DNA of 64,000 nucleotides from Macrostomum lignano (taxonomy: Eukaryota): positions 1 to 64,000 of the forward strand of contig NIVC01002466.1 of NCBI GenBank assembly GCA_002269645.1. Direction: 5' to 3'. Position numbers and translations under genes: made by a program. The notes below the pieces were generated by a model, which saw only the letters and a list, made by a program, of their open reading frames with translations, was not told where the DNA came from and made no database searches. Below, in pieces: positions 21,548 through 34,861 of this stretch. The first letter of the stretch is position 1, and each line of letters begins with the position of its first letter.

Positions 21548-23749
21548 ATGTCTGTCATTCTTCTGAGCATTGCCGTTGCTAGCCTTTGCTCCGGGTCTCT
21601 GCTTTGGACTCCAGTGGTCTCCGAAACTGCATGGTCTGTAATATTTCACACACGCGGCTCACTTAAAGCCACTTCTTAGTGAATCAGACTGATCTAGCTT
21701 TTAAATCTATTTTCAGTTTTTTCAGTCGACGAACCTCAGCGAACAACAACTGCTTCGATGGCATCAGCGGCTGGTGGCAGCGGCGCGGAGTGCGCACTGA
21801 AATGCGAGCTGCAGTTTGTCCGGTGCTGCTCCGCTGCCGCCTTCGTGTCCGAGACGAAGACTTGCATCTTCTGGGCCGAGGGCAATGCTGACTTTTCTAG
21901 CCTCGTTCCTGGCCAATGACCAATGTCACTGACCAATATGGCTAATTTATCCGACACAACATCATTGTTGTAGTCAAGACTCGTTGGGGGGGGGGGCGTA
22001 GCCTAGTGGTCCAGATGGCGCTCTGATGTACCCGCGGTCCGGGCTCGATTCCAAGTGCAGTCACATTAAGTTGGGGCTAAATTGGAATCTCGACTTGGCT
22101 CTGCTCGTGAAATTATCGCCTTTGAGGGCCAACCCCCCAAGGCACAGTGAAGTGTACTCGTACATGATTAATAAAGTTAGGGCCGCTGTGGGAGTGTGTG
22201 CCTAGATGCGTATGACTGCGAACGTATCCAGGAATAGTAATGCCTCTCGCCCGTTGTGTGACAATGTCTTTTAAGTGCACCAAGGTGCACACAGCCCCTG
22301 CCTCTAAAGAATAAAAAGCATCGCTGTGGTCACTGCTTCTCTTGAAATGCTTCTCGAACTCACGTTCATTCACTGAAGTGTAGACGAGCCAATTCTTTTA
22401 AAAACAAAGAATTTCAAAGTGCTGAAACGGTGTAAAAATCTAATTTATCTCAGCGTACTTCAGCGTACTATTCCAACTCAAAGTGAAAACCCTGAAGCAG
22501 AATAATTCAGTTTACAGAAACAAAAAAACGGGTAGGGATATGTAAAGGCCATCTCTTGATTTAATGATTCCTAGTGAGAAGATCGGCACCTGTTAAATCC
22601 ATAACAACTTCGTTGCAGCTTTCCTTAACAACGCATAAGCAGAATCACAGAAGAACAAAAATGAAAATTTCGAAACCGACTGGATCAGATGGTTTTGGAA
22701 TCCGCAATATGAACTCTCTATAATTCCGAAATTGTATTTTCGGAAAGCGTATTTAGTTAATTAAAGACAAGCATCGCATACGAGCGTAGCGTCATATTCA
22801 ATTCCTTTAATAAAAATGCTGAGTTTCAAGACGCCTCTGTCTGAAAGCTAGTGGTCAATCTTGTGCTTCTTTCCAGTCCGACTTGTCCAGCAGGCTGACG
22901 GTCGAACTTTCCAAGTCATCCAGCACCGATCGAAGGGCTGCCTGAGCTTTGCCCGGGGCTTGGGTCGAGTATGTCCGCGGCTTCAGTGACGACACCGACT
23001 TCTGGACTGGTGAGACATGCATGGACAGTTGCTAACGAACGGGACTCAAACCAGGAGCCAGGATTTTCCGTGTCTTTAGGGTGAGGGTTCACACAGATTA
23101 AGCACACGTACAAAGTTAAAAAATCAAATACATATTAATAAACGACAGAGTCTGGGCTAACTTAGATTTTGACGTTTATTACAACTTACATAAATCGTTT
23201 GGTACTAAATTTCTCATTGAGAATACGAATGCATATCTCAGATGTCTGTAAATCAAGGAGAGATCACATACGGATGAAAAGAACGGTTGGAAGTATGTTA
23301 AAAAGTATCTGGACATTTCAGGTCTGCACAAAATCCACCAGCTCACTGGAAGCTCTCCAAAGACTCTGCGAGTTGAGGCCACGACCTGGTCGGATGTCCT
23401 GTACGTGGGCGAGTACTCTGGATTTAGTGTGGGCAGTGCCATCAACAGCTACACAATGAATTACGGTTCTTACCTGAGCAGCAGCTCCAACATGACAAGC
23501 GACTCACTCGCTCATAACAATGGAATGCAATTCTCGACAATGGATCGCGACAATGACGGCCATTCCGCTTCATGCTCTGTTAGCCGTGGCAACGCTGGCT
23601 GGTGGTTCAAAGCCTGCTCCAGGTCGAACCCGAACGGACTCTACCGCGACACCGCTTCAACTGACATGCATTCAGTTTACTGGACTGGCGCCACATCTGG
23701 GTCCAATGAGGCACTGAAGAGCATTCGGCTCATGCTCCAGCTGGCCTGA
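21548..23749 (+). pseudogene. Secreted PAN/apple + fibrinogen C-terminal (FReD) gene, copy 1, damaged
   Basis: Signal peptide MSVILLSIAVASLCSG at 21548. PAN-like exon from 21726 (ECALKCELQFVRCCSAAAFVSETKTCIFW). FReD exons 22877-23009 and 23322-23749 (FSTMDRDND..C..GWWFKACSRSNPNG). Versus copy 2, a deletion removes the PAN-exon donor and the 22877-23009 exon is 4 nt longer, giving a frameshift. Confidence 0.7.
21988..22310 (+). mobile_element. tRNA-derived SINE (best-preserved copy) in a PAN-FReD intron
   Basis: GGGCGTAGCCTAGTGG (A box)..CCGGGCTCGATTCC (B box), shared core and 3' tail ending GCCTCTAA. Confidence 0.85.
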
Positions 23750-23893
23750 ACTATTTTGGCCTAGCTACAGAGCGATGAATTGTTTGAAACTTTCATTGTA
23801 AATCGAGAGTAGGAATCAATGTTTTTTCTTTGAATCTGGACTTTTAGTTCCTGGACTATGTTTCACACAGTTTCTGTGTGCTATTTTACAACT

Positions 23894-24117
23894 NNNNNNN
23901 NNNNNNNNNNNNNNNNNNNNNNNNNNNNNNNNNNNNNNNNNNNNNNNNNNNNNNNNNNNNNNNNNNNNNNNNNNNNNNNNNNNNNNNNNNNNNNNNNNNN
24001 NNNNNNNNNNNNNNNNNNNNNNNNNNNNNNNNNNNNNNNNNNNNNNNNNNNNNNNNNNNNNNNNNNNNNNNNNNNNNNNNNNNNNNNNNNNNNNNNNNNN
24101 NNNNNNNNNNNNNNNNN
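23894..24117. other. Scaffold gap, 224 N
   Basis: Run of N characters. Confidence 1.
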
Positions 24118-26106
24118 TGCATCTTCTCGGGCGAGGCAATGCTGACTTTTCTAGCCTCGTTCCTGGAGGCTCTGTCTATCGAAAGGACAAGCGACGCCCC
24201 GATGCAGGCACGTGTAAGTGCGCTGGTGAAGTCACTGACCAATATGGCTAATTTTATCCGACACCGCTTATTGCCTCGTGTTGGTCCAACGCAATTTAAA
24301 AATCCTTGCATTTCTGCGACTCTTGACAACATCGTTGTTGCAGTCAAGATTCGTTGGGGGGGGGGGCGTAGCCTAGTAGTCCAGATGGCGCTCTGATGTA
24401 CCCGCGGTCCGGGCTCGATTCCAAGTGCAGTCACATTAAGTTGGGGCTAAATTGGAATCTCGGCTTGGCTCTGCTCGTGAAATTATCGCCTTTGAGGGCC
24501 AACCCCCCAAGGCGCAGTGAAGTGTACTCGTACATGATTAATAAAGTTAGGGCCGCTGTGGAGTGTGTGCCTAGATGCGTATGACTGCGAACGTATCCAG
24601 GAATAGTAATGCCTCTCGCCCGTTGTGTGACAATGTCTTTTAAGTGCACCAAGGTGCACATAGCCCCTGCCTCTAAAGAATAAAAAGCATCGCTGTGGTC
24701 ACTGCTTCTCTTGAAATGCTTCTCGAACTCACGTTCATTCACTGTAGTGTAGACGAGCATTCTTTCAAAAACAAAGAATTTCAAAAGTGCGGTGTAAGAA
24801 TCTAATTTATTTCAGCGTACTTCAGCGTACTATTCCAACTCAAAGTGGAAACCCTGAAGCAGAATAATTCAGATTACAGAAACAGAAGAAACGGGTAGGG
24901 ATATGTAAAGGCCATCTTTTGATTTAATGATTCCTAGTGAGAAGATCGGCACCTGTTAAATCCATAACAACTTCGTTGCAGCTTTCCTTAACAACGCATA
25001 AGCAGAATCACAGAAGAACAAAAATAAAAAGTTCGAAACCGACTGGATCAGATGGTTTGGAATCCGCAATATGAACCCTCTATAATCCGAAATTGTATTT
25101 TCGGAAAGCGTATTTAGTTAATTAAAGGCAAGCATCGCATACGAGAGTAGCGTCATATTCAATTCCTTTAATTAAAATGCTGAGTTTCAAGACGCCCCTG
25201 TCTGAAAGCTTGTGGTCAATCTTGTGCTTCTTTCCAGTCCGACTTGTCCAGGCTGACGGCCGAACTTTCCAAGTCATCCAGCACCGATCGAAGGGCTGCC
25301 TGAGCTTTGCCCGGGGCTGGGTCGAGTATGTGCGCGGCTTCAGTGACGACACCGACTTCTGGACTGGTGAGACATGCATGGACAGTTGCTAACGAACGGG
25401 ACTCAAACCAGGAGCCAGGATTTTCCGTGTCTTTAGGGTGAGGGTTCACACAGATTAAGCACACGTACAAAGTTAAAAAATCAAATACATATTAATAAAC
25501 GACAGAGTCTGGGCTAACTTAGATTTGACGTTTATTACAACTTACATAAATCGTTTGGGTACTAAATTTCTCATTGAGAATACGAATGCATATCTCAGAT
25601 GTCTGTAAATCAAGGAGAGATCACATACGGATGAAAAGAACGGTTGGAAGTATGTTAAAAAGTATCTGGACATTTCAGGTCTGCACAAAATCCACCAGCT
25701 CACTGGAAGCTCTCCAAAGACTCTGCGAGTTGAGGCCACGACCTGGTCGGATGTCCTGTACGTGGGCGAGTACTCTGGATTTAGTGTGGGCAGTGCCATC
25801 AACAGCTACACAATGAATTACGGTTCTTACCTGAGCAGCAGCTCCAACATGACAAGCGACTCACTCGCTCATAACAATGGAATGCAATTCTCGACAATGG
25901 ATCGCGACAATGACGGCCATTCCGCTTCATGCTCTGTTAGCCGTGGCAACGCTGGCTGGTGGTTCAAAGCCTGCTCCAGGTCGAACCCGAACGGACTCTA
26001 CCGCGACACCGCTTCAACTGACATGCATTCAGTTTACTGGACTGGCGCCACATCTGGGTCCAATGAGGCACTGAAGAGCATTCGGCTCATGCTCCAGCTG
26101 GCCTGA
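24118..26106 (+). CDS. PAN + fibrinogen C-terminal (FReD) gene, copy 2; 5' part lost in the gap
   Basis: End of PAN exon to donor at 24213 (..DFSSLVPGGSVYRKDKRRPDAGT|gtaagt). Exon 25238-25366 (RLVQADGRTFQVIQHRSKGCLSFARGWVEYVRGFSDDTDFWTG). Exon 25679-26106 (LHKIHQLT..LRVE..FSTMDRDNDGHSASC..GWWFKACSRSNPNGLY..VYW..LKSIRLML*). All three introns/junctions are phase 1 and in frame. Confidence 0.85.
24358..24680 (+). mobile_element. Same SINE in duplicated copy 2
   Basis: Near-identical to 21988-22310. Confidence 0.85.
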
Positions 26107-27666
26107 ACTATTTTGGCCTAGCTACAGAGCGATGAATTGTTTGAAACTTTCATTGTAAATCGAGAGTAGGAATCCATGTTTTTTCTTTGAATCTGGACTT
26201 TTAGTTCCTGGACTATGTTTCACACAGTTTCTGTGTGCGTATTTTACAACTGTTTGTTAATCGCTCTTGGATACAAAACTACCCAAAATGTCCAAATACC
26301 CAAAATACTCGTGACACACTACATTTTTTGTCATTATTGTTGTTTTTTTGGTTTGTTGATCACTAAACTAACAAACTAAACTTAAGTTTCCTACCTTACT
26401 GAAGCTTTCCATGCAATATAAACTCTTCTAGAGCCTGACTGCGTTTCTTACGATTCTTGGATGTCTATTGTACTCTCGTCACACTACAGCTTCTCACTGC
26501 AGTTTATGTTGACTTTGCAACTTTTGATAATCCCCCCTCATTCCGTCCACCCCCAGCTAAATATAGTGTCGTAAATGTGCCTAGCGGGTTGACAATCTGA
26601 GCACGAATCAGTGCCAGCCTCATAACCAAAATAAAACTCGACAAGATTTCACTAACGAGTGTTTTCTGTTTCCAAATCATTAAATGTGATGTGCATTTGA
26701 CTATCAATCAACGTCAGGTGATTCCTTAAGCCTCAGAGAGCAGGCACAAAGGGCCTGAACCACAGATACTATATACACTAGATAGGCCAGTCCCCATTCA
26801 GCCAGTTCATAGAAAATGGCACCCAAAAATGAATCGGGGACGAAAAAATGCTCGCTTGCACTACTGAAAACTAATCGTCAGTAGTGTATGGATGCATAAA
26901 GGAAAATTATTTTCATTTGCATACCCACTGCATCTTTGAAAGCTTCCCGTAGACTCATAGTTTGGCTGGGTGCCACTGAGTGGCCTATCTGGTGTATGTA
27001 AGATCCATGGGGTGAACTCAGTTAAAAAGCAGCTCAACAATGCATGTGGGCTTCCAAAGACTGCTGAAATTTTATAATACGCTGGCTTTGATATATTTTT
27101 CCCCGATAGGCGGGTGGCAACAACGTCAGCTCTCTCTGAGGTCCTCTGCACAACCAGGAGCTCTGTCCTCTTGAGTAATTCCAGTATAATAGACATCTCC
27201 AAGCGCTCTTGTCGAGAGCTGCAAGTGAAAGCCATTCTAACCCATCATTTTTCATAAAAATATTTTATGACTAGCGTTTCTTGTTTTCTTCCATTTTCGC
27301 ACGCTTCTGCTGGATTTTGGGATCCTGAAATGACAGTGGCATTGTCCCAGTCAAAAAATATTAAGGTAATAAAATTAAATGCGTCATTCATTACTTTGAT
27401 TGCCATCGAGTTCGACAATGCCGCGGAAAACTCAAATTAAATTGCTCGGAAATTTTATCGATAAACAATTTTTTTAATTTCTGCCGAAATGCACCAGAAG
27501 CGGTGGAAAACTAATTATTCAAATTAAATTCACCGCCGGCCTCACTGCTGAGCAGCAGACGCATAAAAATAGGAAGCCTGCAGGCGACAACCGTCTCTCA
27601 GAGCCGAGTCCAATCTTTTTATGGATCAAAACTGAAAAGTCCGTCTCCATCAACCTGCCCTCTGAG

Positions 27667-29534
27667 ATGCTGCTGCTGCTGCTTCTGCTGCCGCTGGTCC
27701 TGCAGGCTGCAGCCAGCGACTCCCCGCCGCGGCAGCCGCAGTGCGAGCAGTTCGAGCAGCTCAGCGGCACCTGCATCGCGAACGAGAGCGCCGAGCTGCT
27801 GCAGACGACTCTGAGCGAAGCGAAGCTTCCTGCGCCTTCGAGTGCTCAAAGTCACCGAGCTGCCTGGCATGCAGCGCGGCAAGCAGCGGCTGGCGAGGGC
27901 AGCTGGTGCTGACTGGGAGCAGCTCAGCTGCGCTGACTGCGGGAAACTGCAACACCGCTGTGAGAAGCGGCCGGGTGTTCGAGCTGCTACAAGGTGAGCA
28001 GCCACTTCGTGGCCATGCAATGCGTTGCTGTTCCTTTTGACAGGTGTTTAAACTCTCTACGATAGCTGGATGATGTACTCACCCTCAGTAATGTACTCCA
28101 CTTACCAACGAAATGAAGTAACCCACATTGATGTACTCGCTCATGCACACACATGGTGCTGATTAGAATGCATTGCAAGCTACCAAATAAAGCTTAGAAA
28201 TGCGCAAACTGATCGCACACCCCCAATCGTTCCCTTCACTTTGCAGAGACCTGCCCGATGAACGACACGCTCAATGCACCGCTTCTAGTGATGCCAAACT
28301 CAACTGGAGCAGCGGTCAGTCTGGCCGAGCTCCTCTGCTCCCGCTGGTGCACGCGGCTGGCGGCGGACGGCTCGATGTTCGCGCCGATTCTTGACACCGC
28401 CGCAGCTCCCAAAGCCGCCGGATCGCCGTCCGCTGCTGCCGCTCAACGCCTCCGCCTACTTCGCCCACATCGCTGCCGCCGACTACCCAGCCGACGACTT
28501 CTCGCCTCTCGCCGTGTCGGTCCGTTGGCGAAGCCACTTCTCCAGCGAGACCTGGTGCACCCACACTGCGGCCGCCAATGTTCCGCCTGTGCTCCGCCTC
28601 GCTTGGTCGCAGCCGCATCACCTGGACGTTTGCGCCCACGCCTGCGCGTCGCGTCCGACCTGCGAGTTCTTCGTCTTCAACGCGTCCGGCTGCTTCGAGG
28701 GATCGCTCAGCCTCTACCTGAACACCGCCTCCACGGCGTCCAAGGCTGCAGCATGTGGCACAAAGCGCGCACCTGGGCCTCATCAATGCTCGCCTTCTAC
28801 ACCTTCAACTCGAGCATGCTGAACCTCGCCAACCCGACCGTCATGCCGGCCCTCAACAACACACCGATCGACATCGGACCCGACGGCGTCCAGATTCCGA
28901 CAATTGAGACGCAGTTCGTGAGGCTCAACCTGTCGCACATCGGCTTCAACTCGCTCGTCAGGTGAGTAGCATTCAGTTGGCAGTTTTTTATTCAAGCCGC
29001 GTTACAAACTGATGCAGACGGTTGGCCATCCGAAATCGTCCGATTCCCTCCACCTACTGCTGCAGGTCGAACGCCTCCTTTACTTTCTTTGTATCGTTCA
29101 GCCGCACCACCCTGAAAGCTCGCTCGGAGCTGGCGATGCTGGCCAGCTGCTCGGACTCGCACAGACACAACGGCGCAATCAATGAGCAGTCGGTTGGAAA
29201 CACGGGCTGGTACCTGAACTCCCTGACAGGAAACTGGCATGTGGTGACGTCGATACCTGAGAACTCTTCGTATAACTACTCCCGCAGCTCAGTGAACCAT
29301 CTCGCTCTGTCCATCGGACCAAATTCTGGTCAGATCATTGTGAACGGCCTGGAGGTTAACAGCACGTTCTCGAAGTATCCGAGCAGTTATGGCGTTGACC
29401 CCGAATCCATCGGCTGCTTGTACCTGGGGTACAATTATATAGCTACTTACAACCGGTATCTGATTGGCCGCATCAAGGTTTTCGGCATATTCGACAAGTT
29501 TCTCACACGCGACGAAATCATGGAGCTTGTTTGA
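27667..29534 (+). CDS. Secreted PAN-PAN-PAN-LamG/ConA-like protein, paralog A (four 1-bp deletions; read error or pseudogene)
   Basis: Exons 27667-27993, 28247-28961, 29066-29534. Signal peptide MLLLLLLLPLVLQAAAS. PAN-type Cys patterns SCAFECSKSPSCLAC, LCSRWC and VCAHACASRPTCEFFVFNASGC. LamG_3-like C-terminus (LAFYTFN..FTFFVSF..HLALSIGP..IIVNG..LYLG..GRIKVFGIFDKFLTRDEI). Frameshifts at ~27815, ~28425-28440 (two) and ~28725 relative to paralogs B and C. Confidence 0.8.
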
Positions 29535-31364
29535 ATATTGAGCGTTAAAGCTGAACGCTGCTTGCAAATCGCAGGATTGATAAAAAAAATATCGACAAAT
29601 ACACTGAAGATCATTTATGCTAAAATAAATGTTCGTGCCGGCATTGCAAATTAATTTGACGTATTCAAATTTATTGTCTTAGGAAACCAGCACGAAATGA
29701 AGCAAGCCATGGGAATTTTGCTGATTGAGTTACAGAAATTTACATTATTGCGTTAAAGAACAACATTAGGTTAGTCAATCTTGTTGACAAATTCGGTCTG
29801 CTTGTTTTAACTGTTGACGAGTTCGATTTCCTCCAATTTCTGACATTTTAGGTCTGTTGACGAATTCGATGGTAACCCACCATACTTAATAGAAAGGTTT
29901 CGCTGTCCCTATATGCAATAATGAGTATTGAGAACATTTAGATTTACACGTAGGTAGGTGCAGTGCATTGTGCAACTGTAACTGCGTCATTTTGCACTCC
30001 GTGTTCAAATTTAGTTGTCCATCAGATTATAGAAGTCATTTTGCACTCCGCATTCACTGGTCTTCAAATCCGCCAATGAATCCCCGGTGGTGATTCTCTG
30101 CTATTGGAAATAACTGGCCACGTGGCAGCCGTTAACTTTGCAGCAAAAAAGTTATCTATCCACCAAATTAACCCTAACTAATGGCTATTCAACGAACTTC
30201 CAATCAGACAGCCAGTCCCATCAGATAGAAGTCAATAGCACTCCACACTTTCGCAGCTGGTCTTGGTCTTTCGGTAGTCATTCCCAGGATCTTTGTCGCA
30301 AAGGCTGCTCCCGAAGCAGCTTTCTTAAAAGTTGGCCAGATGGTGCGCCGTTGCTTCACAGCCTCAGCAGCTGCAGTGGCAACCGCAGGGCCTGCGCGTC
30401 TGGTCACAGGTCGCAGGAGCCGTTCGCTTCATCACCCTGTGACGCTGCTTTTTTCCACCTGGCAGCGTACTTTGTTGTTTGTTGTTGTTGTTGTTGTTGT
30501 TGTACATCAGCTCGGTCCCTTCGTCACGTCTGTTTGTGCATTTTTTGCGTTCGAGCCAAGTTTTCTGAGCTTCATCAAAATTGCCAGAATTGGACGGTCT
30601 TTTAGCCTCGGAACCAATTCACTTGAGAGGCTTTTGATAGCAGCGGCCGGATCTGCGAGCTGAGTTGGTCGGTTCTCTGACGGCCACCGTGGAGTCAGTC
30701 AGCTGGGCTGCTTCCTTGGACTTGGAAAGGTCTCTATCTCTAAGTTTTAGCCTATTATTATTCATCCAAAGTCGATCTGAAAGCCGCGAATAAGGTTTCC
30801 GATCAAAATCAAACCGCAAAACTGCCCCAAACCAGAAGGGAGGCACTTTAGCAATCGGATCCTGATCTCTGGTTTCAGCCCATCGAGCACTGTGAACAGA
30901 GGGCACAATAAGCAGTACCAAAGTTTGTTCTCCGACCACCGACCACCTTCAAGACCCAGAGTCCGCTGCTTTTCTGAAATTTATATCCTCATTCATATTT
31001 GCCATAAATGATTTTCTCTGCAATACGAGGAAAAGTACGCCACTTTGATTTTTGACACGTCATGCCCAAAACAATGCCAGAGAAACCCTAACTGATAAGT
31101 GATATTGCGCAGGTACACGTATCTCGAGTAGTGAATGCTTGCAAAGGAATCCTTTCACACGTACTTCGTTACTTTATGCAAAAAGTTTTGGGGGAAAAAT
31201 TTTATTTATCAGCAAAAAACTCACGCAGATCAAACAGGCCGCTTTTTATCAGCAATTATGGAAGCTTTTATTCATCAATTTTGAGCGTTCTAAATTAATT
31301 GATTGCACCCATCAGCCTGTCCAGCTCATGCAGGCTCTCGCATTAATTAGAAATTCTGCTCACT

Positions 31365-32000
31365 CTGCCAATCACACAGAGTGAGTGCTCACTCTGCCAA
31401 TCACACAGAGTGAGTGCTCACTCTGCCAATCACACAGAGTGCTCACTCTGCCAATCACACAGAGTGCTCACTCTGCCAATCACACAGAGTGCTCACTCTG
31501 CCAATCACACAGAGTGCTCACTCTGCCAATCACACAGAGTGCTCACTCTGCCAATACCACAGAGTACTTACTCTGCCAATCACACAGTGCTCACTCTGCC
31601 AATACCACAGAGTGCTCACTCTGCCAATCACACAGAGTGCTCACTCTGCTAATACCACAGAGTACTTACTCTGCCAATCACACAGTGCTCACTCTGCCAA
31701 TACCACAGAGTGCTCACTCTAACAATCACACAGAGTGCTCACTCTGCCAATACCACAGAGTGCTCACTCTAACAATCACACAGAGTGCTCACTCTGCCAA
31801 TACCACAGAGTACTTACTCTGCCAATCACACAGTGCTCACTCTGCCAATACCACAGAGTGCTCACTCTGCCAATACCACAGAGTACTCACTCTACCAATC
31901 ACACGGAGTGCTCACTCTACCAATCACACGGAGTGCTCACTCTACCAATCACACGGACACGGAGTGCTCACTCTACCAATCACACGGAGTGCTCACTCTG
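31365..32000. repeat. 25-bp minisatellite
   Basis: GTGCTCACTCTGCCAATCACACAGA tandem copies. Confidence 0.95.
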
Positions 32001-32224
32001 GGCACTGACGCCAACGAACGCGACAGTCGACCCGCAGCCAGCGAGAGGGCAAGCAGTCAGGCATAGTCGGCTGACCCGGATATGGTCATGCGGATACGGT
32101 AGATCTGTAGAAGAAGGACGTAGCCGGATGATATCACATCCGTACTGGGTACAATACATATGCGTACAGTTCACTACTCCCTACTCCTTCACTATACTCG
32201 CCGATCGCCACCACCAACACCAGC

Positions 32225-32420
32225 AATGATGAGCTATATCGATGGGCCCAACTCTCCCGACCCAGCCAGCTGCCGGCGCCTACGTCATCCGAGCAGAGCA
32301 GTGCTGCCCTGAGCCACTGCAGGACGTGCTGCTGCTTCTATGAGACACTGAGATTTCTGACCCTCGCGGACTCGCTGCTCTGAGCGCGCTTTTTGACAGC
32401 AGCCGAGCTTGGCTTGACCA
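32225..32420 (+). mobile_element. RTE-clade LINE C-terminal remnant
   Basis: DELYRWAQLSRPSQL..EPLQDVLLLL, resembling the post-RT region also seen at 34862-35077. Confidence 0.45.
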
Positions 32421-32851
32421 GGGCTCGTGTAGTTTGTTTTGTTGTTGTAAAATTCAATTGTTAAGCAATCTACCGTTGCTTATAAGCTTCGTTAGAAAAT
32501 CTATGAATTTTTAAAAAATAATTAAAACTCGTTGTTGAGGGAGTTTTCAGCCGAGTCAATTTGTTAGCCTTGGTTGTCAACTGAAAGCTGAATAACTGCA
32601 CAAACAGGAAAAACAAAATAATTTAAATGAAAAATTGAACAGCTCAGCTGCAATTAACAAATCAAGCCAAAAGCCATCAAATTAATCAACACCGCAATTT
32701 CGGACAATTGCTACCATCGGCACTCAAGTTGATTGCTGCTTTCTGGACTAACAATGGACGAGGTGTATTTATTTGACGCATCCGTGAAGAGCTGAGGAGA
32801 ATCGACAGCAGCAATTAATTCGAAGTAACAAGCAAAAAATTTCCAATATCT

Positions 32852-34554
32852 ATGAAAACCTTTAACTGTGACAGCCAGGACCTCTTGGCGCAGCCGTTTC
32901 TTCTGACGCTTCTGGCGCTCAGTGCAGCCTCAGCAACTGTGGATCAGGCGGCCACAGCTCACCTCTCGGTGTCTAACGGGCTCTGCAGCGCCGAGGAGCC
33001 GCTCGCTGAAGCCTCGGAAGCGGCGAGTAAAATCGAATGCGCAGCGCACTGCGCCAGGACCAGCGGCTGCATCGCCTGCCACGGCAACGAGTCGCTTTCC
33101 GACAAAAAGTGGCGGATTCTGCGAAACGGATCGGCTCAGCTGACGCCCGGAAGTTGCAAACTGATCGCTAAGATGGACACTGCTTTGGGTAATATATGTT
33201 TATTTATTAAGAACACAAATTTAGTGCTAAGCAGGAACCCAAAGAACCGCTTTTCGAATCCAACAATGTGCTCTTAGAGAATTGCGAAGACAAGAAAACA
33301 CTCGAAGCGCCGTTTCTGGTCCTTAATTCTACGAGCGTGGCTGAAAACCTGGCCGAGCTCCTCTGCTCCCGCTGGTGCACGCGGCTGGCGGCAGACGGCT
33401 CGATGTTCTCGCCGATTCTTGACGCCGCCGCCGCTCTCGAAGCCGCCGGATCCGCCGTCCGCTGCCTGCCGCTCAACGCCTCCGCCTACTTCGCCCACAT
33501 CGCTGCCGCCGCCCCAGCCGCCGACTTCTCGCCTCTCGCCGTGTCGGTCCGTTGGCGAAGCCACTTCTCCAGCGAGACCTGGTGCACCCACACTGCGGCC
33601 GCCAATGTCCCGCCTGTGCTCCGCCTCGCTTGGTCGCAGCCGCATCACCTGGACGTTTGCGCCCACGCCTGCGCGTCGCGTCCGACCTGCGAGTTCTTCG
33701 TCTTCAACGCGTCCGGCTGCTTCGAGGGATCGCTCAGCCTCTACCTGAACAGCCGCCTCCACGGCGTCCAAGGCTGCAGCATGTGGCACAAAGCGCGCAC
33801 CTGGGCCTCATCAATGCTCGCTTTCTACACCTTCAACTCGAGCATGCTGAACCTCGCCAACCCGACCGTCATGCCGGCCGTCAACAACACACCGATCGAC
33901 ATCGGACCCGACGGCGTCCAGATTCCGTTGAGCATGTCGCAGTTCGTGAGGTTCAACCTGTCGCACATTAGCTTCGACTCGCTTGTCAGGTTCGTCTTCT
34001 TTCTTTTCTACTTTTTAAATTTGAATTTCTCTTTTTTACAAACCCTCCAATTCTAATCTAAAAGCATCCCATCATTGCAATTCAGGGCTGGGACGCAATT
34101 CACCTTCCTGGTCACCTTCGTTCGGGACACTATAAAAGATCGATCCGAGCTCGCAATGTTCGCCAGCTGCTCCAACAACAACAACCACAACGGCGCCATT
34201 AACGAGAGATCCAGCGGCAACCAGGGCTGGTTCCTGAACTCCCTGACTGGTGATTGGCAGGTCGCAACGTCCGTCGCTGCTGGATCGACTTACACCTATC
34301 CCAGCGGCTCTGCAATCCACTTTGCCATGGCCATCGGCCCGACATCCGGCTACTTTTTGGTCAACGGCGTGAAGCTGGACACCACCTTCTACACCTCCGC
34401 CAGCACGTACGGCACGGATCCCGAGCGAATCGGCTGCCTCTACCTTGGCTTCAACTGGGCTGATTCGCCGACAAAGTTTTTGTACGGCCGAATCAAAGTA
34501 CTCGGCATCTTCAAAGAAATGCTCACTGTTGAGCAGATTATGGAGCTGGTTTAG
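32852..34554 (+). CDS. Secreted PAN-PAN-PAN-LamG/ConA-like protein, paralog B, intact
   Basis: Exons 32852-33188, 33278-33989, 34086-34554 in frame (phase 1 and phase 2 introns). Hydrophobic leader FLLTLLALSAASA; IECAAHCARTSGCIAC; middle exon near-identical to paralog A; C-terminal HFAMAIGP..FLVNG..LYLG..GRIKVLGIFKEMLTVEQI. Confidence 0.85.
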
Positions 34555-34861
34555 TTTTGGGATACGGAAATAGGAAAATATTACTGCTCTAAGCAACTGA
34601 AGAACACACTGAAATATGAACAAACATTTTGATATGGTTCACAATTTTTGAAGTCGTAAAGACAGCCATTTGAATCAAAGAAAATATAGTGATTCTTGAT
34701 ATCTTTTAAAGTTGACGGCAAAGCGCGTCTTCAATTCAGCTTCAGCTAACCACTTTTATATTCTAGATGCAGTCAAGTTCTTATCGTAACTAACAATTTA
34801 AATAATCCGCTAACAATAAAATAACAATACGCGTTGTCACAGAAGGTCCCTCAAAAGAACA

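Noticed and set aside
21988-22070. tRNA gene candidates here and at 1520-1577, 5765-5825, 11440-11500, 52545-52605
   Set aside because: A/B boxes are present but there is no complete cloverleaf, and most continue into a shared SINE body.
31385-32229. Cys/His-rich repetitive ORFs resembling zinc fingers
   Set aside because: All three frames cycle through the same 25-bp repeat; spacing is not C2H2.
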